Of a stretch of 64,000 nucleotides of DNA, positions 47,676 to 60,362 are shown piece by piece. A model generated the notes under the pieces. It made no database searches and was not told where the DNA came from. It worked only from the letters and a program-made list of their open reading frames with translations. Origin of the DNA: Felis catus (lineage: Eukaryota); contig NC_058373.1 of the NCBI RefSeq assembly GCF_018350175.1, forward strand, positions 112,470,001 through 112,534,000. The letters run 5' to 3'. How positions within the stretch are numbered: position 1 is the stretch's first letter; the number at the start of each line of letters is the position of its first letter. A program made the translations under genes and the position numbers.

Positions 47676-50600
47676 ATATCCTAAACAGGTTCCATGCTCA
47701 GCATGCAGCCTGATGTGGGCCTTGATCCTATAACCCTAGGACCATGACCTGAGTTGAAATCAAGAGTCAGACACTCAACCGACTGAACCACCCAGGTGTC
47801 CCTGTGCAGGTTCCCTCATATTTAGCTTTTTTTCAGTGAATATTTGGAAATACTTTGGATATTTGTGACAATTTAGAAAAAGTTACAAACTGTGTAGCTT
47901 AGAAATATTGAAAATTTTAAAGAAAAAGTTGGGTGTGGGGCACCTGGGTGGTTCAGTCAGTTAAGCATCCAGCTTTAGCTCAGGTCATGATCTCATGGTC
48001 TGTGAGTTTGAGCCCTGCATCGGTATCTGTGCTGGCAGCTCAGAGCCTGGAGCCTGCTTTGGATTCTGTGTCTCTCATTCTCTCTGCCCCTTCCCCACTC
48101 ACGCTCTGTCTCTCTCACTCTCAAGATAAATAAATGTTAAAAATAAAAAAAGAAAAACATGTTTCACAAGTATGTAAAATATATAGACAATAGTTTCGTT
48201 TATAATATATTACCGTAAGTATACACAAATCTATTATTAACTTTTTATTAAAACTTATCAATACTTATACACACACTTACAGACTGTACATGGCAATATT
48301 TGTAGTTGAGAGAAATATAGACAAACATAAAGTTGCAGTATTAAATCACAATTGCACATAACCACTACATACTGTAGTACTGTAATAGTTTCATCACCAC
48401 CTCATTGCTATGGCGGTGACCTCAAGTATTGTGAGTTTCCGCTTAAAGTACCATGTGATGCTAACCATCTAGAGAGCTTATCCAATGAAAGGCTTATCAC
48501 ACTAAAAAGTGGTCTCTTGGGGGCTCCTGGGTGGCTCAGTCAGTTGGACGTCCGACTTCAGCTCAGGTCACGATCTCACGGTCCGTGAGTTCAAGCCCTG
48601 CATCGGGCTCTGGGCTGATGGCTCAGAGCCTGGAGCCTGCTTCCGATTCTGTGTCTCCCTCTCTCTCTGCCCCTCCTCCGTTCATGCTCTGTCTCTCTCT
48701 GTCTCAAAAATAAATAAAACGTTAAAAAAAAAGTGGTCTCTTGTAGTTCTCACATATTTTTATTTTTTATTTTTATATGTAGAGAGAAAGAGTGTCAGTG
48801 GGGGGGGGGGGGTAGAGAGAAAGAGAGAGAGAAGCCCCAAGCAGGCTCCATGCTCAGCATCAAGGTAATAGGATAACAGGAGAAGCAGCTTCTTCCAACC
48901 AAGAGGCATCAGACAAGTTCCCAGGTGCCATTAAGAAAATCATTTGAGGAGAAAGCATATTTGCCTGAACAGGCTTTTATTGAAGACAAAATTGTGCTAT
49001 TCTGGAAAAAAAAAATGTCACAAAGGACATTTGTTAGTAAGGTAGAGAAGTGAGCACCAGGATTTAAGGCAGGAAGAGATAGGCTAATTCTGTTCTGTGC
49101 AAATGCAGTTCAGTTTATGATCTGGACTGCCCTTATCTCTAAAGCTGCCAACCGCCAAGCCTTGAGGGAAAAGATAAACACCAGCTGCCAGTCTTTTGGT
49201 TGTTATCCAAGAAGGCCTAGATAACAAGAACTCTTATTCTGGATTGGTTCCATCAATGCTTTGTCACTGAAGTCAGGAAATATCTTTCTAGTAAGGGACT
49301 GCTTTTTTAAAGTGCTTTCGATATTGGACAGTGCCCCCTGGTGACCCAGAACCCCATGAATTCAGCTACAAAAGATGTTGAAGTGCTCTCTTTGCCCCCA
49401 AATATGACGTCTCTAATTTAGCCTCTATATCAGGGGGTCATAATGACCTTTACTTCACAGGATTTACGATAGAGCTAATCAAGGAAATAATGAAAGAGAA
49501 TGTGGATATGGGGGAAAAGGCAGGTTGTGAAGGGTTTCAAAATGTAGATCTTGGAGAAACCCAAGAGCTAATAGACAACACACCAGAGAAATTAACAGAA
49601 GATGACTTGATAAGTGCTTCCAAAACAGTGTCAGATCATAAGGAACAAGACGTAGAAGAAGTGACAGAAAATAAAATGACTTTAGACAATCTAGCAGAAG
49701 GGTTCAGATTTTTCAAGACTGACTTTGACTTCTTTAATGACACGGACTTTGGTATGAGCACTGAAACTAAAGCAAATGGTGGATGAAGGATCAGTACTGT
49801 ATAGAAACATTTTTCAATAAATGAAAAAGCAAAAATGTTGGACAGAAATGATAATGTATTTCCATAAAGTTACACTATTCAGTGTATCTTCCTCTCCCAC
49901 CTCCTCTACTTTTTCCACCTCTGCCATCCCCAAGATAGCATGGCCAACCTCTCATCTTCCTCCCTCTCCTCAGCCTACTCAATGTGAAGACAAGGGTGAA
50001 GACGTTTATGATGATCCACTTTCACTTAATGAATAATGAATAGTCATCATGGTGTAGAGTCAATAAACTTATCTGTTGTGTATGCAAGTGTCTTCATGTG
50101 AAAGTCTAATAACTATACAGCAAGAATTGTATGAGATACTTTTGTGTCATTATAATCCTCATCATTGCCTAAGTATTCATCATGTACAACACTGTGTGCA
50201 AGTCTTATATGGAAGTAGATGGCCTATCCTTATTTAGGCATTAAGTGAGTGATTTTTAATACTGTATAAAATTATGATGTGTTCTTTTACTGTTTTATGA
50301 CTTTGCTTCCAAAGAATTACATTACCGTATAGTATGCCTATCTCACATAATTGGAGAAACTGTACATCAGCCTATCATAGGTAAGTGTTTTTTTTAAAAA
50401 AACTAATGTTTCCTGTCTCTCTCTGTCCCAAAAATAAATAAAAAACGTTGAAAAAAAATAAAAAAAAAACTAATGTTTCCAATATCATGAATATGACTAA
50501 TACTGTATGCCATAAAATTTTATAACCATTCATTAGTGTATAGACTAGGCTGCCATAAGCAGTCCTATTTGATTACACTAAGATACCACAAAGCAATCAT

Positions 50601-51288
50601 ATTGCTGCTTCTTTGTTTTCAATGCAGGAATCATTATACCTGTAAATAAATAGGAATTTCTTTTTCACATTATCTTTTCATTTTATTAAAGTTTATTTAT
50701 TTATTTTGAAAGAGCAAGAGAGAGCTCATGCACAAGCAAAGGAGAGGCAGAGAGAGACGGAAAGAGAGAATCCCAAGCAAACTCCTTGCTGACAGCCACA
50801 TTGAGGGGCTCTAACTCAGGAACCATGTGATCATAATCTGAGCTGAAATCAAGAGTTGGTGCTTAACTGATCGAGTCACCCAGGAACCCCTTATCTTTTC
50901 ATTTTTGATGTTTAGTGTGAGTAATACAACATCTACAGTGCCTTTTATCCTATCATATTGCTGTAGGTACTGATATGATTCATCTTGCAAACAGATGCAA
51001 ACTTATGGTATTAACAAATACAGTATAGTACTGTAAATGTATTTTCTCTTCCTTATGATGTTTGTAATAACGTTTTCTTTTGTCTAGGTTACTTTATTGT
51101 AAGAATACAGTATATACTACATATAACATACAAAATATGTGTTTATTGACTATGTTATCAGTAAGGCTTCTGGTCAACAGTAGGCTATTAATAGTTAAGT
51201 TTGTGGGGAGTCAGAAGTTACACATGGATATTTGACTGTGTTGGAGGTCAGGTCAGCACCCCTAATCCTGCATTGTTCAAGGGTAAGC
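47474..51288 (+). mobile_element. Long Tigger2 (pogo-like) DNA transposon, internally deleted, with six SINE insertions
   Basis: Left end ta-cagttgac, right end cattgttcaagggt; transposase remnants inside. SINEs at about 47530-47802 (-), 47937-48150 (+), 48519-48730 (+), 48760-48860 (-, partial), 50414-50462 (+, truncated), 50686-50890 (-). Confidence 0.9.
48870..49786 (+). pseudogene. Tigger/pogo DDE transposase remnant
   Basis: Reads, with stops and frameshifts, ITGEAASSNQEASDKFPGAIKKII, APGFKAGRDRL, KHQLPVFW, LDWFHQCFVTEVRKYLSSKGL, LPPNMTSLI*PLYQGVI, GFQNVDLGETQELID. The N-terminal HTH region is missing. Confidence 0.88.
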
Positions 51289-51394
51289 AATAATTTATAC
51301 ATAAATGTACACAGAAAAACTGGAAGTGCATGCTAACAATTTTTACAGATGGGATATTCAATCAAAAAAACTTTGGCGAACATTGATCTAGATA

Positions 51395-52174
51395 TACACC
51401 ATTCAGTATGGTAGCCGACTAGCCACATGTTGCTGTTGAGCAGTTGGAAAGTGGCTAGTCTAGACTGGGATCTAATTATAAAATACACATCAGATTTTAA
51501 CAACTTATATGGATGTAAAATATCTCCTTAATAATTATTTAATTGACTACTTGTTGAAATGATATATTTTGTTATATGGAATCAAGTAAAATATATTAAA
51601 ATTAATTTTACCCATTTCTCTTTACTTTTTTTTTTCCAATGTGGCTTCTAGAAAGTTTAAAATTATGGGGCGCCTGGGTAGCTCAGTTGGTTAAGCGGCT
51701 GACTTTGGCTCAGGTCATGATCTTGGGGTTTGTGGATTCGAGCCCCACATCAGTCTCTGTATGACAGCTCATAGCCTGGAACCTGCTTCAGATTCTGTCT
51801 CCTCTCTCTCTCTGCCCCTTCCCCACTCACGCTCTGTCTCCATCTCTCAAAAAATGAATAAACATTAAATTTTTTTTTTTAATTTTTTTGCAGCGTTTAT
51901 TTATTTTTGGGACAGAGAGAGACAGAACATGAATGGGCGAGGGGCAGAGAGAGAGGGAGACACAGAATCGGAAACAGGCTCCAGGCTCCGAGCCATCAGC
52001 CCAGAGCACGACGCGGGGCTCGAACTCACGGACCGTGAGATCGTGACCTGGCTGAAGTCGACGCTTAACCGACTGCGCCACCCAGGCGCCCCAACATTAA
52101 ATTTTTTTTATTAGAAAAAGAAAGTTTAAAATTATAGTGTGGTTATTAGCATAGATTTCTATTGGACTGCACTG
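51395..52174. mobile_element. MER33/MER3-like hAT-Charlie element with two nested SINEs
   Basis: tatggtagccgactagccacatgttgctgttgagca...gtggctagt, resuming after the SINEs and ending tttctattggactgcactg. Confidence 0.75.
51667..52092. mobile_element. Tail-to-tail SINE pair: forward SINEC (51667-51868) with a young reverse SINEC_Fc (51870-52092) in its tail
   Basis: Inner TSD aacattaaattttttt; outer TSD agaaagtttaaaattat. Confidence 0.93.
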
Positions 52175-53002
52175 GTCTACAGCTTACAAACATTGACTAG
52201 GGAATTAGAGGCTCTCAATTTCTTCACAGTTCTTATTTATTCCTTTACTCATCTGAATAATGAAGATGGTAGATATTTTATTTATAATTAGTATATAGCT
52301 AAAGTCTAAACCGACAATTGTTATGTCATTTGGGAGAGATTAAGAGATTAACATATATTAATGAGATTAATGGGAAGATCATTGTCAATTTTAGGAGCCT
52401 GCTAAGAAATTGTTAGGAGCTACTGAACTTAAGTATCTCTTTTATCCTTCTGTAAGTATAACTGCAAAATCATTACCAACCAATTGGACCTTAAATTTGG
52501 AGTTTTACCAAATATTTGTGATATTGTCAAATTAAAGTCTTAGAGGATTACTTAACACTTGAATAATCTGACTGTAATAACATCCCTGAATAATTGCTTT
52601 TAAAAAATTATAGTTCAATAGTTCTGTGGGATTTTTAAAAATAATAGTTGTCTAAATTTAATATCATGTGTCACTGTTGTGTCTGATCAGTGGGGTTTAC
52701 TGATTTGTCACAAATTTAGATGAATTCATATATAAATTAACTTTTTACTTGGATACAGGCACAACCTAAGTTTTTAAAAAGTGATTTTATTGGTTTTATC
52801 AATTATATGTTTTATATCTTCATGCATTTTTGGTAGGGATATACTTTTAAAAGAAAAGTACTGGGTTTGTCTTAATTTCCTGCTGAATCTCAAATTGTAA
52901 AATTTCTTAGAGTAATCACGAATGAGCTTATAAAATGAGAAGTTAATTTCTGTTGTCTATTCAAGATGTAGTCCTTGGTCCAGTGTCTTTGACATCTAGC
53001 AC

Positions 53003-53227
53003 TTTTTTTTTTTAATTTTTTAAATGTTTATTTATTTTTGAGAGAAACAGAGACGGAACGTGAGTGGGTTAGGAGCAAAGAGAGAGGGAGGCACAGAATC
53101 CGAAGCAGGCTCCAGGCTCCAAGCTGTCAGCACAGAGCCCAACCTGGGGCTTGAACTCACGAGCCGGTGAGATCATGACCTGAGCCAGAGTCAGTCGCTC
53201 AACCGACTGAGCCACCCAGGCACCCCA
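53003..53227 (-). mobile_element. SINEC_Fc-type SINE
   Basis: Near-TSD catctagcactt / catctaggactt. Confidence 0.92.
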
Positions 53228-53914
53228 GATCATCTAGGACTTCTTAAGTAACGCAGTATTTAAGGTCCCACACTAGATCTACTCCATCAGAATTCAAATG
53301 TATAAGTGTAAGATGTGCTGGTGTTGGTTGTCACCTGCATGTCTAGATTTCTGCTTAGACTGCCATCTAGTGACAGGTTTACAAAATTTATGCAACTAAG
53401 AAATCTATTTTTCTGTTTTTCTTCTCAAAGTAGTAAAATATTTTATATATTAAAAAACCATAAATTTAAAAGGAAGATATTACTTTTTCCACATGTAGTC
53501 CTATACCAGTTCCCTAGAGACACTTTTAACTATTTCAGATTTTAGTCGTTTTCATATTTACCATCATAACTAAAAATGACAGTCTGATTCCTTTTTCTAA
53601 GTCTTAAAATGTAAAGAATATTTATGGACTTCCTGCTCTAAAAGGTGAGGAATTGACTCACATCATCACATCTTTCCCTGTGCCCCCTTTTGATACTTAT
53701 GTTGATTTAGTTCTTTGATGGGATTAGTTTTTTACTTCACCTAATAATGCATCCATTTCTTTCAATGTAAAGTTTAAACACCCTCTCTTTACTTCACTTT
53801 CTAAATCAATATCCCATTTCTTTCTTTATTTTTCTTCTTTTTGTTTCCCAGATTCTGTCAACTTTGCCATTACTTTCATATTGTGAAGATCTCTACCCTT
53901 TATATTACTTTTTT

Positions 53915-54760
53915 AAGAAAATTAATTATTTTTAAAATTTACATCCAAGTCAGTGGATAGTGGATAGTGCAACAGTGATTTCAGGAGTAGATTCCTTAAT
54001 GCTCCTTACCCATTTAACCCATCTCCCCCCACCCCACCCCACCCCTCCAGCAACCCTCTGTTTATTCTCTATTTTTAAGAGTGTGTTATGTTTTGTCCCC
54101 CTCCTTGTTTTTATATTATTTTTGCTTCCCTTCCCTTATGTTCATCTGTTTTTTATCTTAAAGTCCTCATATGAGTGAAGTCATATAATATTTGTCTTTC
54201 TCTTGTCTCTTGTCTTTGGAGTTGCAAATGGCAAGATTTCATTCTTTTTGATTGCCGAGTGATACTCCAGTGTGTGTGTGTGTGTGTGTGTGTGTATACA
54301 CCACATCTTCTTTATCCATTCATCCATTGATGGACATTAGGACTCTTTCCATACTTTGGCTATTGTTGATAGCACTGCTATAAACATTGGGGTGCATGTG
54401 CCCCTTGAAAACAGTACACCTGTATCCCTTGGATGAATACCTAGTAGTGCAATTGCTGGGTCGTAGGGTAGTTCTATTTTTAATTTTTTGAGGAACCTCC
54501 ATAGTGGTTTTGATTTGTATTTCCCTGATGATGAGTGAATTGAGCGTTTTTTCGTGTCATTTGGCCATCTGGATGTCTTCTTTGGAGAAGTGTCTATTCA
54601 TGTCTTTTGCCCATTTCTTCACTGGATTCTTAGTTTTTTGGGTGTTGATTTTGATAAGTTCTTTATATATTTTGGATACTAACCCTTTATCTGATATGCC
54701 ATTTGCAAATATCTTCTCCCATTACATCAGTTGCCTTTTAAGCTGCCTTTTAGTTTTGCT
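53915..54760 (-). mobile_element. 5'-truncated carnivore L1 with internal deletions and (TG)n
   Basis: 3'UTR and ORF2 end; near-TSD tatattacttttt / tacattacttttt. Confidence 0.9.
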
Positions 54761-55489
54761 TACATTACTTTTTAGAACCATATTAAATCATTCATTGCAT
54801 ACATTTTGGCTGATTGCTTTTGAAGTAACAGATACCTTATTAGGTGGTGTGGACGCTGTGGTGAACATTTAACTACATAATATCTGCCTTCATGGGGCTT
54901 ATAATCTAGTCTTCCATGCTTTGTTAAGCATTGATTCTAAAAATTGTAATCTAATAAATTGTATGTAAATGTTTATAATTTTTACATATTCTTCATTGCA
55001 GAACCAGGTGATATAACAAGCTTAATAGATAAGGAATTGTAATACTACGTCCCCTAACCCTCTGCTACTCAAAGAAGAATGTCAAGATTAAATGCATTCT
55101 CTCTTCCTATACTCCATGACTTCAAAATAATGACTCATTTGTATTTGTTTTATATTTGGATTGTGACTTTTTAATAGTTTTTTTAGAGGCTTCTAATTGC
55201 CTCCCCCCCCCCCCATAGTGTATGCTGTTACCCTATCATTAAGTTTCTCATTTTCTCATGTATTACTCTGGTGCACATTTTCATCTTTATCTTCCCAGAG
55301 TACTCTGATTTTGTCCAAAGACTGTTTGCTCTCTAGACCTACTACACAGCTATTGCCATTTGCTTTATTTTCATTACACTCCTGAGACAGCTATTGATTC
55401 TTGAATTCAGTTTTAGTCTTAGTGGATTATATCTTCAAGGTAGTACTTAATAAATGAATTAATGTATGTAGGAGGTAAAGTATCTGAGT

Positions 55490-57040
55490 TCTGGTATCAT
55501 TGAAAAAAGGTTTTATTTTCCCTATTCTTAGCTGATACTGTGGTTGGTTGTGGAATTCCAGATTCGAAATCAATTGCCCTCAAAACTTTAAAGCAATTCT
55601 CCATTGTTGTCTAGTGTTGCTGGATTTCTTATTTTCCTTCTCTTAACCATTTATTTTTCTAACTCTGAGAGATCTTTTCTTATCTGAAATTTTATGAAAT
55701 TGCATGTAATAACATGTTTAGTTATGGCTCTTTTTTTTTTTCATCCTGTTTGGCACTTGATAAGTCATTTCAATTGAAAGATTTGTCTTTCTGCTTTTGG
55801 AAATTTTCCTCTTTTGTTGAATTGTTTTCACTTGCTATGTATTTCTCTTCTTTTTCTAGAACTCCTACTCAACAGATGTAGTATTATCTTTTCTATGCAT
55901 TCTGTAGTTGCTGGCTTGCCTTTACTCTGTTTTCAATGTTTCCATCTCTTTAGGAGTGTTATTGGCCTATAATTCATCTTTGTCTACTTTTCTTGCCTGG
56001 TTTTTGTTTTCATATCAAGGTTTTACTGCTTATAATTAAATGAATTTGAGATTGTTTTATTTCCTTCCTTGTTATTTTTGTCATTGTACACTTGTATAAG
56101 ACTAAAAGCATTCATTCTGTGAAAGTTGGGCCTTATGCTTTGTTAAGATATTTAACTACTGATTCAGTTTTGAATGGTGTTAGTACTATTGAGACTCTCT
56201 CTTTCATCTTGAGTATGTTGTAAAAGGTTATTGTGGAGTACCTGGGTGGCTCAGTCAGTTAAGTGTTTGTTGATCTTGGTGTTGGTCATGATCTCACAGT
56301 TTGTGAGATCAAGCCCCACATTGGGCTGTGTGCTGACAGCGCAGGGCCTGCTTGGGACTCTCTCTCTCCCTCTCTCTCTGCCCCTCCCCTGCTCACTCCT
56401 GCTCTCTCTCAAAATAAATAAATACAATTTTAAAAATAAAAGGTTACATTGTTACTGGAATGTGTCCACTTTGTTACTGTTCAAATTTATTATGCTAAAA
56501 TTGTTCATACTAACCCCTTGTCTTTTGAAAGCTGGCTAGATTGGTAGTTCTGTTTCTTTTTTATTACAAATATTACTTATTTGTATCTTTACAAAGTTTT
56601 TTTTTTGGTGTGTTGGGTATTTCATCAGAGTTTGTCTATTAGTTTTTGAAGGATCATAGTTTTTTACTTTAACTGATCTTTCTCTGTTGTATATTTTTTA
56701 TTAAATTTTGCTTTTATATTTTGTCATCTCTTCTACTTTCAATTTATTCTCTTTTTTATTTATTAAATTTCACATTAGTCTTTTTAATTTTCTTCCATTC
56801 TCTTTTCTATTGCACAGTTTTATAACTTTAAATTTCAGCTTACAGAATTTGATATGCAGCCTTTTCATTAGTTTTGTTTTTGTTTAGTCACAAGACTTAT
56901 TAGAAGAATGTGTTTATATTTCCAAAATATGTGACTTTTGTGTTTATCATATTATTTTTGACTTGTATTTAATAATACTGTGTTTTGAGAACTTAGTTTG
57001 TATCCTTCTGATTCTTTGAAATTTGTGGAGCCTGTTTTAT
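55490..57040 (-). mobile_element. Highly degraded ancient L1 (L1ME-like)
   Basis: T-rich antisense ORF1/ORF2-like patches (aattctccattgttgtctag; ttctgattctttgaaatttgtggag). Confidence 0.5.
56234..56435 (+). mobile_element. SINEC, older subfamily
   Basis: Forward body; aaaaggtta on both flanks. Confidence 0.9.
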
Positions 57041-57949
57041 ATACCCAGCACCTAACGTTAATGGTTGGTACCTAAAGGCATTTAACATCTGTTTAATGAA
57101 TTAACTAAATCCTTTAAGGATGAATCACATAATATGTCATCTTTTTCTTTTTGAAATCTTATTGTTGAAGGAGATTGGTTGCTAATCTTAGCTGTACATG
57201 TAGTACATTTTTTCTTTTTTTCATCTACTTCATATGTCATAACATATAAGGAGATATGTAGTTTAAATAATATCTAGAAAGTTGGGTTAATATGCCAGAA
57301 AATTAGAACAGTACCTTGAGATTTCACTGGCCAGCTTTGACCCAGGGGAATAAATACAGTTTTAGTGAAAATGATATTTCTGTGTATTTCTCAGATATGC
57401 CCATTGTGTATACCATTTATTAAGCCTGCAGTTTCAATATAATACTTAGAGTGTGCTTTATATCTCACTCAAATAAAGTATTTGAGGTTGCAAATGAGTA
57501 AGTACTACAGTCACATACTTTTGCCAAAAAGCCATAGCCAAAAATGCTACTTTTTCCTTCTTTGAGGGCCAAGATATTATCCCAAGCATTTTTTAGGAAG
57601 AATACTATACACACAAATCAGTTAATCTTACATGAGTGGCCAATCTGTCCCCTATCTTGAAGAATGTTATTAATTTCTGTTCTTAGATATTATTATCTCC
57701 TTTTTTCTACTTTCTTTGAATTTATTCTATTCTTTTTTATGTCTTCAATTGCACTTAAGGTCCTTAATTTTCATCATGGCTTTCATTAATTCAAACAGTG
57801 AATTAAATGGTCAGATCCAAAGTTATAAGGCAAGAAAGTCTGCCTCACCCACAACTCCTTGCCTTATAACTGGATTTGATGAGCTCACTTGCTGTTACTA
57901 ATGCAATGAGACTCCATGTATTTGCTTTCTCTCTTACATATCCACCATC

Positions 57950-58237
57950 CACTGAGAACATACTGTGACAGTTTGTCTCAAGAAAACAAGAAACTCTAAG
58001 GACAGCCACCCCTCAGCCAAGCCCTCTCTGAATCAGATAACATGCCAGTTAGCCACATATTCGTGAATGAATCCAGTTGAGCCCAGCCTAGAAAAGGTAT
58101 TATTCAGCCAGACCACAGATTTAGGGGAAACAATAATTTATGCTTGGTTTAAGCCTCTGAGTTTTAAGGTGACTATTGTATAATATATTATATTATATTA
58201 TATTATATATTGTATAATATAAGCAATAGCTGATACA
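57950..58237 (+). mobile_element. MaLR LTR fragment (MLT1H/I-like)
   Basis: gtttaagcctctgagttttaaggtg...aagcaatagctgataca 3' end, with an AT-rich expansion. Confidence 0.55.
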
Positions 58238-58444
58238 AATATGTCTGTTCTGCTGAAAAAAATGTTTTAAGGCAAGTTCTATTCTGATTTTTTCTTGTAT
58301 TATTAATTGATAATGGAAACAAAAGATACATCTCTATCTGTTGGTCCAACAGGAAAATAGACTATTACATTATTGGTCTTATTCATTAGACCATGTTAGC
58401 AGAAGCAATCATACCAAGGTAAAAAACTAAACTAGCATTATGTT

Positions 58445-59060
58445 TTTAAAAATGTTATCAAAATATACTTTACATAAAATTGACCCATTTTTTAAAAATC
58501 TATGTAATTCACTAGTTTTCAGTATTTTTAGAGTTTTGCAACAGTCACCACAATCTAATTTTGAACTTTCCTGTCACCCCCAAAGAAATCTTTGTGCCCA
58601 TTACCAGACACTTCTCTCCTCACCTCCCCAGTCCTATTCTATGCAACCACAAATCTACTTATCTGTAGAGATTTGCCTATTCTGGACTTTTTATATGAAT
58701 TGAACTATACAACATGTGGAGTTTTTTGTGCGTGATTTTTTTTTTTTCACTTAGCATGTTTTGAGGTTAATTTATGTTGCAACATGTATCAATACTTAGG
58801 TTCTTTTTATTCCTGAATGGTATTCTATTATATGGACATACAAGGTTTATTTTATCAGTTAATGGAAATTTGGGTTATTTCCATTTGGGGCTCTTATTAA
58901 TAAGGTTGCTATTTATATGGATGTATGTTTTCATTTCTCTTAGGTAAATACCTAGGAGGAGAGTTGTTGGGTCGTGGTACCTCTATGTTTAATAGTTTTG
59001 AGGAACTGTTTTCCGAAGTCATTGAACCATTTTACATTCTCACCAAAAATTTATGAGGGA
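58445..59060 (-). mobile_element. L1MB-type 3' fragment
   Basis: cataaaattgacccatttt...gtttttcatttctcttaggtaaatacctaggag-type 3'UTR and ORF2 end. Confidence 0.8.
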
Positions 59061-59529
59061 AAACTAGTAGCAATTTTAATTGTATTCAATATTTACTTGT
59101 GCTCTTAGAGAGTTTAATGTCATAACAGAGTGATAATAACTATTTCTGATTACTATCTTTTATATATAAACTGTTCTAGGTTTTAAAACCAAGAATAATA
59201 ACATCCAGAATAATAACACCCTTTGTAACTACAGTTGTTTTTCCTTCTACTTGTAATTCAAGTATTCATGACAGTTTGGCTTCCTTTTTTCTTTTTCTCT
59301 TGATATAGAATTGTTTTCTTAGTCCAATCTAATCTATCTCTATAGTATGAATATATATATAATGGATATGTGGATATATATATGGATATGGAATGGATAA
59401 ATTACAACTGTAGATTCCATTATTAAGGTGAACCTTATATCTTCCTTTTGGGAAATTGGATATATTTGGTTGGCAGTTGGTACCTGAGAACTAGGATTGG
59501 GGTCTTCAGTGTAAAATCAAAAAGCTCTT

Positions 59530-59796
59530 TCTCTCAGCTCACTCCATGCCAGGTTGCAGGGGCTTTCTTGCAACCCTTCTCCACGTCCATACAGCTACTA
59601 CTCTTACATTGTAGTTACTGCTAATTCCCTTTACGTCTTTATTGCTGGGTGTAATGGCTTACCATCATTGCTAGCTGTGTGGTATTACCCTATTGCTTGG
59701 TGGTTTCCTTGAGCCTAGTTTATAACTTTATTAAACTCTCTTCCTTTACTGAGTTTGAATATGCCATCTATTTCCTGCCAGTGCCTTTAATTAACA
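59530..59796 (+). mobile_element. ERVL LTR16-like fragment
   Basis: 3' end attaaactctcttc...tttgaatatgccatctatttcctgcca resembles the LTR16 group; by eye. Confidence 0.45.
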
Positions 59797-60155
59797 AGAG
59801 CACAATCGAAACCTTTAAGATTATCTGATGATAGGGTAATGTTTCTTCCATAGTTTAGGAAATTGACTGGTCTGATTTATCTAACTTGTATATTATTTAA
59901 CATGTAATGAGATGATAATGGAAACTCTCAATATGTTTAGTATAGTATATGGTTGATAGTTTTCATTGGAAGTTCTCATATTGTTCCATAAGGTACAGAA
60001 TGTGATGCCAATAAGACTTTAATTTAAAATTGATAACTTAAAATGTTGCTAAATGTATTTCTCTGTACATTGACTAGTATGTATAACTTATGCAATAGTA
60101 TAAGAAATGTGTGAGATGGGCCTTTTAAAATATGGTCTTAAATCTTTTCATGGTT

Positions 60156-60362
60156 GGGGCGCCTGGGTGGCGCAGTCGGTTAAGCGTCCGACTTCAGCCA
60201 GGTCACGATCTCGCGGTCCGTGGGTTCGAGCCCCGCATCAGGCTCTGGGCTGATGGCTCAGAGCCTGGAGCCTGTTTCCGATTCTGTGTCTCCCTCTCTC
60301 TCTGCCCCTCCCCCGTTCATGCTCTGTCTCTCTCTGTCCCAAAAATAAATAAAATAAAAAAA
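60156..60362 (+). mobile_element. Young SINEC_Fc
   Basis: TSD aaatcttttcatggtt. Confidence 0.95.

Noticed and set aside
49490..50036. Domesticated TIGD-like gene
   Set aside because: Only C-terminal fragments are open. The DNA-binding region is deleted and the DDE region is disrupted.
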